Source: Xylographa opegraphella (Eukaryota). Taken from it: DNA of 34,171 nucleotides. The notes under the pieces were generated by a model. The model was not told the DNA's origin. It saw only the letters and a program-made list of their open reading frames with translations, and did not search any database. The DNA lies in assembly GCA_022813865.1 (NCBI GenBank), contig JALDZX010000114.1, positions 1-34,171 on the forward strand. The letters run 5' to 3'. Of this stretch, positions 23,301-34,171 are shown one piece after another (positions within the stretch are counted from its first letter, which is position 1; every line of letters begins with the position of its first letter). The translations under genes were made by a program, and so were the position numbers.

Positions 23301-25702
23301 TTTAACGTATTAACGTTTCAAAATTGACGATCGCAGAGGAAAAACTTGTAGCGATATTATAATTAATATTTTCGCAATTATTAAAATAGTTTCAATATTA
23401 TTTTAAATTAATAAATTATTTACGATAGTATATTTCTTGCTACGTAATAAATTTTCGATGATTATAGAATCGAAAAATAATTTTCAATAAATTTATACGA
23501 AAAGGTATCGCAAAAGCCGTAAAAAAAATTTATAAAAATTTATAATAAATTAAAAATTACAGTATTAATATTTTAAGAACTAGCAGCGTTTTCTAAATTG
23601 AAATTTTTTTAAAGTCGTTAATATTAACGTATTTTATCATTAAGCGATAATTTTATATTAATATAAATTTATTATATAAAATTAAATACTACGTTTACGC
23701 GTATTATATTATCAAATAATTAATTAATAGTACGAATTTTTTTAAAGTAAAAAATAATTTTATTAATTTTATTTATATTTAAAGAATTTATTAAATCAGA
23801 ATATAAATATTAATTGATAGAATTTAAAGTTTCTGGTTTAATATAAGTCGTTAAAAAACTACGATAAATAATAAAATTTGCAGAATTATTAATATTTATA
23901 TCTATTCATTACTCGGCTACGTATTAAATATTTAAATAAATAAATTTTAATATTATGTTTATCAAAAAATTAAAAATTAAATTAATATGATTTTTGAAGT
24001 ATTTTTTACGGTTTAAATTTAACGTGCGATATCAATTTGGCAAATTCAATATGATATTAAACGCATTCTTTAAGTTTTGACGTTTTTAAATAGTTGATGA
24101 AATAAAATATTATTTAAAAATTAAGTTTAACGAGATTTAATATTCGAAAAAGCGATAATTTTTATTTATACGACTGAATTAATATTAATATATTTAATAT
24201 TTACAATATAAATAAGCGATAATTTTAAGAAGAATTTAATAAAAAAATATTTATAAAATTCGCGATAAATACGGGTCAGAAAAATAATGAAAAATAATGA
24301 AAAATAACTGTAATTTAAGAAATAATAAAATTTAAATCTTTTATCGTATAATTAAAAATTTAATTTACTTTAACGACGTTAAGTAAAATCTTTGCCTTTG
24401 GATTTTAAATTTATGATGAAAATTATTTTTAAACTCGTTTATAATAGTTTAAATTATGAAAAATACGATCGTATATATGATAAATTAATTAAAAATTTAT
24501 ATATATTTGATATAGTTAAAAAGCTATACGTATATATTTAATATTATTTATATTATTAATTTCATAAAATATTTTACTATAAGTTTAATAATTTACTGTA
24601 ATTAATTCTGGCTTTTCCAAGGCTTTTTTATACAATAACGATTAATTTTGATTAACTTTATCGAAATTACTTTTAAATAAATATAAATGCGTAATAATAA
24701 TAATTTACAAATTTGGTAAAGTTATTATAATTATTCCTGAAAAAAATAGCTATTGATAAAGAAATATAAATTATAATTCTATTAAATGGATTATATTTAT
24801 TTTAATAAGAATTATTTAAAGTTATTTCCTTCGATAAAAATTAAAAATTTATAGAAAAATTATAAAAAATTTGAAATTTTTGAAATAAATTTTTATAGTA
24901 TATTTTATTATTTATAAACGGACGGTTAATTCGAACGTTTAAATTAAATCGTAAGAGTTATATTATAATATTATATAACGATAATAAAGAATATAGCTAA
25001 TGAATTAACATTTTACTACGATTTAACTATATTCTATATGATTTTATTAATTTTATATTTATCGGTAAAATATTTATATAAATCCTTTACAAATTGAAAA
25101 CGAAAGAATTACCGAATTTTTTAAAATTCGAAAATATAAAATCGATAAAAATTAAAAATATTATGCCGGCTAAGCTATTTATGCTTGCTTATTTAATTAA
25201 TAACAGAAAAACGTCGTTATAATAATACGAATGTTTTATTTAAAAAAATATTAATAATTTATATATAGTAAACGTTAATAAATATCGATTTATTTACATT
25301 AATATTAAAAACATAATTATATTTATATTTATAAAAATAAAGGTTTACTACGATTTAAAGTATAACCCGATTTTTTTTAAAAAAAAAGAAAACATAGTAA
25401 ATTTAAAATTATATAAAAAATATAACGTATTAAATATTAAATAACGAAAGATTTATCAGCAGTTTATTAAATTATTTAAAAAATTTAAACATATCAAACG
25501 TTTAATATATAAATTAAAATTTTCGGAAAATATAAAAATATACTTAATAATATCAATCGTTTATTTAAAATCGGTAATAATCCTTGAACAGAATTTATGT
25601 AATAAAACGAAAATAAATTAATAATTATTCGTATTAATAAAAGGCTAGTCAGAATATGAAATTAATTAATTTTTAAAAAAAGGCAACAAAAAATATAAAA
25701 TC
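20400..25702 (+). mobile_element. Degenerate Ty3/Gypsy (chromovirus-like) retrotransposon internal region: gag, protease, RT, RNase H, integrase, start of chromodomain
   Basis: Reversing C>T/G>A changes gives: gag EIGYF...FTSRLRVK / TCLLGKADRWY (~20410-20600); protease-like LxTGCTMSLID (~21712); RT IDKTFDELH, VDIRAxNK...YPVP.QAEIL (22861), RGQ..FNV.VMGYRNSP (~23040-23090); RNase H ELEVSGLVWAVKKLR (~23820); integrase HHCC (~24435-24560) and QTDGQSER (~24915); IHPVISIAHL (~25535); EYEI (~25652). The domain order is Gypsy-type. Own LTRs were not identified. Confidence 0.88.
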
Positions 25703-25895
25703 AATATTATTTTAATATTCCCTTATTGCGTTCTGTATTTATAGCGCTATTGATATTGCTTTAAAATATTTCCTTATTTGTATTCTATGCCTAGAACGCT
25801 TTTAAGGCGAAAGTCTTTTGTTTTTATATCGAGTATTTATTGTAATTACAGGCCGCAGATTCTTATTATAGCTATAGCTATAAATCGCGAGTTTT

Positions 25896-26089
25896 TATTA
25901 TAACTATAAAGTATAAACTTCGACGGCAGTTACCCTGATTACTTATTAAAGCTTTTGTTATATATGATTGATAAGGGTTTTCTGTTTAATTAAAAAAACT
26001 TTAAATATATATAAATAAAGCTTTTAACTCTGCAGATTATTATTCTTTATGATTCATATAATCACTCGTTTTTAGCAGTGCCCGTGACA
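25896..26089. mobile_element. Possible LTR fragment
   Basis: Ends ...GCAGTGCCCGTGACA (reverse complement TGTCACGGGCACTGC). Left boundary uncertain and no clean TSD. Confidence 0.35.
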
Positions 26090-26814
26090 GTGCTTAATTA
26101 AAAGAAAATATATAAATAATCGATTGTTTTAAAGTAATATTAAAGTTATTTGATTAAAAAGAAAAATTCGTAGTCGAAAATTTAACGAAAATTTAATTTA
26201 TTAGCATTATATAACGATCGATAGTAAATATAATAATTATTATTATTTACAACTAAGAATAGCGTTTACGCTCTATTTAAAACAATAAAAAATTATTTTT
26301 GAACATTAAAATTATATTCGCAATTTTAAATTTATAAAGAAATAAATTAACGGGTATACGCAGTACGTATATTATTTATTATAAAAATTACAAATTTATT
26401 TATATAAACGATAAAAAAAATAAAATAAGCGATATTTTTAATTTTTTAACTCGCAAAATTATAATCGTATATATTATTAACATTATATTTATAAAAACGT
26501 AATGAATGATTATCGATATAGTAGTTATAGTTTATAAATAATAAAAGAAATTTATCTATAAAAATAATTAAGTTTTTCATTAAATAAAAAATTTAATTTA
26601 TTAAAAACGCTCGAAATTCAAGTTTTATAGATACGAAAAATAAATATTATTTGGCAGTGAAATTTAATAATAATATATAATAATAATATGACGAAGTTTT
26701 CGTTAAAGTTATAAATAAATATTATTTTCATTATTTTCATTATTAATAAATACTTGATTTATTTTAGTTGGCTAATTATTTTTATTTTTATTAATAATTA
26801 TTTTAATGGTTACT

Positions 26815-27012
26815 ATCATTAAAACGTATATTAATTTATTTGTTTAAATTATTATTACAACGTATTTTGATTTATTCGTTTAAACTATTATTGCGACGAA
26901 TTTTAATTTATTTATTTAAATTATTATTATCGCGAGTTCTGATTTATTCGCGCGAATTATTATTATAATAAATTTTAATTTATTCGCGCGGGTTATTACT
27001 GCGACGTATTTT
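26815..27012. repeat. 36-bp tandem repeat, ~5.5 copies
   Basis: Units start at 26815, 26851, 26887, 26923, 26959, 26995 (approx. attattgcgacgaattttaatttattcgcgcgaatt). Confidence 0.85.
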
Positions 27013-28330
27013 ACTGAAACGTATTCAAATTTTTATCGCGTTTTGTTAAAGCGTTTTTTACGTATTATTATTTTATAAAAATATTTTATTTCGCGTATTA
27101 TCGCTGCGTAAATACGTTCAATTATATTATCATAAATTTATTTAAATACGATTAATATTTAAAAGATAATATTAAATGATTCATTTACATTTTAAATTAT
27201 AAATAAAATCTTAATTAAATTATTTAATATTATTAATTTATAATCCGCGGTTATTATTTTCTCGAAGGCGAAAAAGAACTTTTTTAATCGTAAAAATTAC
27301 TGACAAACGATATTAATTTTATTGTACGCGACTGCAAATTTTACTAATGAATACAAATTAAAACTAAAAAAATTAATAAATATTTATTAAAAATTAAAAA
27401 AAAATTTCGTTAATATTTTATCGCTTTTTTATTATATTATTTTAAAAATGAATTAATTCGAATTATATATTTTAAAATAAAATCGACAATCGTATTATAT
27501 AATTTTATCGAAAATAATAAATAATTTTTATAAAATTTGGAAAAATTAATTATCGATATATATAAAGGTTTGAATCAATCGTCACGTTAAATAAAATAAT
27601 TTTATGTATTATATTTAAGATTTTAAAACTTTAAAAAACGCAATTTATGTAAATTTTCAACGCTGTTAATTTTCAATACTGTTAATTGTAATTGATTTTT
27701 AAATTTTATATAAAAACGATAAACTTCGACGAAATAAATGATAATTTTTAGTAAATTTAAATTATAATTAATAATTTATAAATATTTTTATCTAAATCGT
27801 AGTTTTTATACGTTTAACGTATTTATTAATAATAATTTACGATAAGGCCATATTAAAGTTTATACGGGAATATTCATTTAAAATAATAAATATTTTATTA
27901 GATAAAGTTATATTTCGCGATTTAATAATAATAAATAATTTTTAACGCGAATAATAGCTACATTTATTTGTTAAATAAGAATGATTTTAATTTAAACGAC
28001 GATTTCGATGGTTTTGTGAATAATTTAATAAAAATAAAAATAAAAATAATTAAAAATAATATAATTAATAATTACTATTTTGATTAATAATAATATTACG
28101 AACGCGAACGAGATATTAAAAATTAATTAAATTAGTTTACTATTTAAAAAAGATTTATTTTAATATTTAATAAATAGTATCGATGTTATATTATTTATGT
28201 TACTGATTTTATTAATATGTATTAAAAATAATTTGTAAAATTCATTATTATATTTATACTGTACGAGGTATTAATATGATTTAATGATTTATAATTTTTT
28301 AAAAATAAAATATTATAATTATTTTAATAT

Positions 28331-28515
28331 TAATAAGTATTCGAGCATTAATAAATATTCGAGCTTTAATAAATATTCTGGCTTAAATGAATGATCTGAC
28401 TTCAATAAGTATTCGAGCTTCGATAAATATTTTGACTTAAAGAAATATTTAAGCTTTAATGGGTATTTTGACTTCGATGAATACTTTGTCTTACATAAAT
28501 CTTCTGATTTTAATA
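28331..28515. repeat. 18-bp tandem repeat, ~10 copies
   Basis: taataagtattcgagcat / taataaatattcgagctt / taataaatattctggctt / caataagtattcgagctt / cgataaatattttgactt and further units. Confidence 0.88.
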
Positions 28516-28700
28516 GGTAAAAAATTGTTTTAATTGAATATAGTACTAAATTTTATTTAAAAAAAAGGATTAAAAATAAATATATATATATATATATTGA
28601 TATTATAATTATAGCTTTAAACTTTATTTTTTAATATAAATAATTAAATGATGAAAATTGTGATCGATAAATTACTAAAAGTTTTAAATATTTATTATAT

Positions 28701-28790
28701 TATTAAAACTATTTTAAAATACTACTATATTGAAATTATTTTAAAATGCTACTATATTAATTTTATTTTAAAATATTATCGTATTAAAAC
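28701..28790. repeat. 27-bp tandem repeat, ~3.3 copies
   Basis: tattaaaactattttaaaatactacta / tattgaaattattttaaaatgctacta / tattaattttattttaaaatattatcg. Confidence 0.8.
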
Positions 28791-29225
28791 GATTGCGGCA
28801 ACGATAGCGCGCTAAAAATATTATTAATACCAATCGAATATATATTTAAAATAATTACGTAATTAATATATAATTATAATACCGCGATTGTACAGCGGCT
28901 GTACAACGGTTATATAATTATTATAGTAATTTATACAGTAATATATTTATTAATTTAATATTAATTAATATTAATTTTTTAAATTATAAATAATAAAATT
29001 ATTTTTAAAATATTCGCCTTTAAATTCTATTCGAGTAAAAAATCTCGATTGATCAAACTTATTATATAATTAAAGTTAAAATATATTTAAACGAAAGGTA
29101 TATTTAATAAAAAAAATAATTTATATTATAATATAATATTATTTTCGAAAGCCCAGACCGCTCGCCTGTAATTAAACAACGTTTAATTTCAGAATATAAA
29201 AAATTATTACGATAATATTATCAAC

Positions 29226-31114
29226 TGTTAAAAATAACGCCGCCTGGCAAAATACTTTTTATATTATTTGAAAATAATATAAACGCTAGCTCGCTATTAA
29301 ATTAACGGAATTATTAAATTAACGGAATTATTAAATTAACGTCATTATTAATTTAACGTCATTATTAAATTAACGTAATTATTAATTTAATATAGCCGTT
29401 AAACTAGCGTAATCATATATAAAAAAATTGATTTTTTTATATATATTTCAATAAATAATTTATTGAAATATTAACTTTATTCTTTTTCTTTATTCATTTT
29501 AATTGATTATAAACCCGGGGTCGTACAACGATTAAAATAATGAATTGTATAAAATAATTCAATATTTAATAGTTTATTATAAAACTCGATATAAATAAAT
29601 ACTGCGATTACTTACTACGCTTTTTTTATAATAGAAATAAATAAATATATATTAAAAGGCTTTTACTACGCGTTTTAAAGAAATAAATAAGCCCTGCGAT
29701 TATTTATTACCCGATTTCCTCGATAAAAATAAATAAATATATATTCACGGCTATTATTACGGGTTTTGAAGTAATAAATAAACCTTTTATAACTCGAAAG
29801 CTTACGATATTCGCGGTAGTTAATTACGCGAAATTAATATACATATATTTTTATGGACAGTTTAATATACTAATAAATATTTTATTTTAATGATATTTTT
29901 TTTATCGCGAGTCGAGTTTTATATTATTTAAAAAATTCTTTGCCTTGATTACTGTATGGACTGTAGTTCTATTTAAACAATCGGAATTTATTCAAAATAT
30001 TCTGGAATATCCTGGAATATTCCGGAATATTACGAATAAAGATAACAAAACCGTTGTAAACGATAATAAAACGGTAACAAAACGATAATAAAAGGTTTAT
30101 AATATTAATAATATATTACGATTTTATGACGATTTTATTACGATTTTTTCAAATTTTAAATTTTTTAAAATAGTGAAATACATAATTACGAAATACTAAA
30201 TCTTTTATAAATATAAAAATATAAATTACGAATTATAAATGAAATAATCTTTTAATAAAATTGATAATTACTTTAATATTAATATTTGAATATTTTTAAA
30301 ATATCGTTAAAAATTACAAATCCCTTTTTTAAGGAATTTTATAATTTATATATTATAATTTTATAATTTATTAAGATATTAGTTATTGTAGCTTAATCGT
30401 AGAGCGTTTTATTAATATATAAATTAAATATCGACTAAGAAATTCGCGGAAAAATAATTTCAAAAAATGTTTTTTAATTAATTTAAAATTAATAGCAAAA
30501 CGAGTATACAAAAAGCGTTCAAAAGGCGTTTAAAAAACGTATAAAAAATATATAACAAAAGTGCAAGGATATTGATTTTATTTTAATTACAAATTGCAGA
30601 CCTTTGCAATTAACGGCTTTCGTTGTATAACTGATTTTTCGAGGGCGAAACGGGGGCGATATCCCTAAAAAACGGGGTCGAAACCCCCGAATTCGGGCCT
30701 GCAATCACTGTACAATTATTATGCACTCGTTGCACACCCGTTGCACATCCGTTATACAACGGTTTAAAATATACGAGGTTCGATCAGACAGTAATTTGTA
30801 AATAAATTAAAATACGATAAACGATATTATATATTCTAATTTTATATTTTTCTTTTATAAGAAATTTATTGCTATAAATTTTATCGAATTTTATAATTTT
30901 AAACCTTTTTTTTCTGTAAACAAAAACGAATTACTTTTAATAATTTATTCTCGTTAGAAATTATTTTATATTTAAATAAATATTTTATATAATCGAGTAA
31001 ACATTTAACGTTTACGTTATAATCACTTGATTAAATTTAAACGCTATTTTAATTAATAATTTAATTGTTTTAATGTTTAACTTTTTAAATAATCATCTGG
31101 GTTTTGCCGTTGTA
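29226..31114 (+). repeat. Dispersed repeat copy B (same orientation as copy A), interrupted at 29952-30791
   Basis: Colinear with 16414-17477 on both sides of the insertion. Confidence 0.9.
29952..30791. mobile_element. 840-bp non-coding insertion with TA target duplication (non-autonomous DNA transposon-like)
   Basis: The empty site gatTAatttgta is present in copy A (TA at 17137-17138). The filled site is gatTA-CTGT...ACAG-TAatttgta. Confidence 0.7.
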
Positions 31115-34100
31115 CGTCATGAATAAACGTAAATTTAAATTTTCGCCTTAATTTCGATTAACATATATAAATCTTTATTGATATTTCGCGAAATTTTTTT
31201 TAATTTTTTTAATCGTAAATAATAATTTTAAAAAGATTCGAAATATTTTGTTTAAATAAAAATTAAACGCAATATTCGAGTTGAATAAATAAAAACGCAT
31301 CATAAAATTTTAAAATAAAATAAAATTTATAGTAGTTTATTATAATCACGCTTTTAAATTTAAATTCATTGTAAACGATTAAAAATTAAAAATTAAAAAC
31401 ATTTCGCAACATATAATGTTTTATATTAATATAAAATAGCGTTATTAAACGATTAACATAAGTTTTGAAAAGTTTATTACGAGTTATATTTAAAATGTCA
31501 AATTTATGGTTAAATTTTAAAAAAAATTCAATTAATTCATGTTTATTCAGGAAATCGAATTAATATTATCTCTATAATTAATAATAAATTAGTATCGTTA
31601 GAAAAACTTAAATTAATATAGATTTTTATATAGAGTATATTAAAGTTTAAAAATTTAAATATTATTGTTATATTAATTCGAAATTATTATTCTAAAAAGA
31701 AAAATAAAATAAGTTTATACCGTGCAGTTGTATAAAAATATTTACAAAATACGTTAATAAAATTAATAATAATAAAATTTATAAACATTTAATATTTAAC
31801 ATATTGTGAAAAGCTAAGCGATAAAGTTCGAGGAAAATTTAGTCGAAAAATTAATTAATTTTAAGTTTTTAAAATAGATTGCGACCATTTTATTTATTAA
31901 AAACTTTATAAAAAGGCTTTATATTTTATTTATATTCAATATAAATCTTATATTAATTAGAACAAATTCGTTAAGAAATCTGGAAAGAAATTTATAAAAT
32001 TTATAAAAAGTTTAAATAAATAACTACGCTTAAAAATTGATTAAGTAAATCTTTTCGTTTATTTAAAAAAATCTTTTATTTACGATTAATTTTTTTATAT
32101 ATAACGATTGTCAAGCGAATCGATTCGATTAATTTAAACGTTTAAAATACGTTATTAATCGTCGAAATTCTTTTTATTTCATTATTTAAAAATCATCCAG
32201 CGAGGCCGATTTCGATAATAATTAATTATTATAAATTTTTTTCGTTTTACTTTAAATAAAAATTATTTTTTAATTCAAAAAAAATTTGACGCAAAAAAAT
32301 TTATTAATTCAAATTTAAAAAATAATAAAAATGTTTCGAATTAATTTAGAAAATTTATTATTTAAAATCAAAGAAGAATTTAATAATATGGAATAATTAA
32401 CGTTTATAATAAAAAAGATCAAAACGACGAATTAATTATAAAATTAAATATTGTTTTTATTTCGTTAACGTAAAAATAAGCGATTAGAAATTTAAAATAG
32501 AATTTCTTTTTAAAAAAATCGTAAACGCGAAAATCATTGTACTTGTCTTTAACGAAATTTGATAAAAATTGTTTTATTAAAAAACGTTAATGTAGCGGAT
32601 TCGAGGCGGGTTTTTTGAGAGTTTTTGAGTTTGAAACTTTCTTTTTTATGTATTTATATATAGCGAGAAAGCAGCAGAGATACAACAACAACTAATTTTT
32701 TTTTATTTTCTGTTGAACGAATAATAATTTTATTTAATAAAGATTTATGTTAACTGCGATTTTAATTAAATTTTTTCATTTATTTTTTATTTATCTAATT
32801 AGGCTGCTACGGATTGTGGACGAATTTCTTTATAATTAACGATTATAATGCGATTCGAGTGTATATTATTAAAATAATACAGGGGAAAAAAATTCAACGT
32901 CGGCAGTTAATTTTAAAAAATAAAATTACGATAAAAAATAAAATATTATATTTATTATTCGCGAAAAAGCCTTAAAAGTCGTATTAAAAATTGAAAAAAG
33001 TTAGAAATATAGCGAAGAAATCGCGCGATGACGATGAAAGCAAGAGAAGGTTTGATAAAAAAGAAAATAAAAATAAAAAGGGCAAGAAAAACAAGGACAG
33101 AAGAATAAAAAATTTTGATTTTTTTTAAAGTTAGCTCGATTATCGTGATTGATTCTTAATTTAATGGCAATTTCTGTTAATTTATTTTTTTAATATGTAC
33201 AAAATTTAATAAAATCGTGTTAATTAAATATATTATTTTTATTTTCCTCGATTACCAACTTTAGAGAATATCGTTCGTTTATTTTATTAATAATATTTTT
33301 GTTTACTACTATATTATAAATTAATATGTTACGAAGTATCGTTTAAAATTTATCGTCGACGCAAATCGAAATAAAAATAGTATATTTAAGAATTTTTTTA
33401 TTTTTACCCGAAACGTTAAATACGCTTTTATTTACGAATTCAAATATTTTTAAATTTATAAAAATCTGGGAGATTTTGTATTTAAATTATAATCTATTGA
33501 TCGAGGAATAAATACGTCAATTGTTACTTTACTGTATAAAATTAATTAAAATATTGAAAGGTACGATGGGTATTGATAGCGCAGTGAATATTTTATATAA
33601 AAATAAAAGTAAATAAATATATTATATTAATTATAAATAATTACAAATTATATACCCGCGCACTAGCGTCGCCGAGTTTACGACGATTTAAATTTTCGTT
33701 TAATGATTTTCGTTATTTTATAAATAAAGCGAAATTTATCCTTAGTACTCCTTTAAAAAATTGCCCTGCTTAAAATAAAACTTTATAAATAACGGCTATT
33801 TTTAACTTTTTCGATAGAGTATTTTCATTAAATTTTTTAACGAATTATTTTATACCGCTTTTTTAGAACAGTATTCTTTAACTTTTTTAGTAAAATATTT
33901 TATAATTTTATTATCGCGAAGTAGCGGCGATATAGCGATAAATTACGAATAATATAATTATTAATATAATAATTACAATTAAAGTAAAAAATTTTCAAAA
34001 ATTATATATAATAACGTTTTAATAAATTCTTCCTTAACGTTATTATAATAAGCAGTTTTAATTTAATTACTAAAAACGATTTTTGAATCGAGTCGGGTAG

Positions 34101-34171
34101 TAATTATAATATAAACTCAATAGTATAAACTTAACGGTAATTAATATTAATATTGAAAAGAAAATAAAAAA

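Larger units (their letters stand above)
16178..34171. repeat. At least 18-kb AT-rich block of nested, RIP-like mutated transposon relics
   Basis: Only one short ORF in the ORF track, extreme TpA enrichment, internal duplicates differing mainly by transitions, recognisable degenerate retroelement domains. Confidence 0.93.

Noticed and set aside
26815..28515. Regular repeats as a CRISPR-like array
   Set aside because: Head-to-tail tandem units without unique spacers, in a eukaryotic context with no cas genes.
30519..30704. 61-aa ORF in the AT block
   Set aside because: Non-ATG start, arises from a GC-rich terminal segment of the insertion.
32591..32811. TGTAGCGG...CTGCTACG as a solo LTR or MITE
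   Set aside because: Imperfect ends and non-matching flanks (GTTAA versus GATTG).
16178..34171. Mitochondrial insertion (NUMT) or contaminant as the source of AT richness
   Set aside because: No mitochondrial genes, tRNAs or rRNA are recognisable. Transition-degraded retroelement domains and nested insertions explain it better.

Overview
Eukaryotic, filamentous-ascomycete (Pezizomycotina-type) genomic DNA with two sharply different compartments. (1) ~890-15900 is a GC-balanced island with five intron-containing genes, whose exons I assembled by hand into open frames: nuclear cap-binding subunit CBP80/STO1 (+), C-5 sterol desaturase ERG3 (-), an AZF1-like C2H2 transcription factor (-), co-repressor TUP1/rco-1 (-) and a FLX1-like mitochondrial carrier (-). 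(2) ~63-890 and ~16180-34171 are extremely AT-rich, ORF-free nested transposon relics with a RIP-like (C>T/G>A) signature in which the surviving C/G lie largely in CpG. Within the large block I can read a degenerate Ty3/Gypsy element (gag-PR-RT-RH-IN-chromo), an unmutated 200-bp solo LTR with TSD, a ~1.07-kb direct repeat pair (one copy split by an 840-bp TA-duplicating insertion) and a dead region with 36/18/27-bp tandem repeats. I cannot demonstrate a new biological system. The best leads are the CpG-sparing mutation spectrum, an in-frame GC-AG intron in CBP80, the unclassified repeat/insertion families and a recurrent TAAGGTACCTTA promoter palindrome. All assignments are by eye, without database searches.
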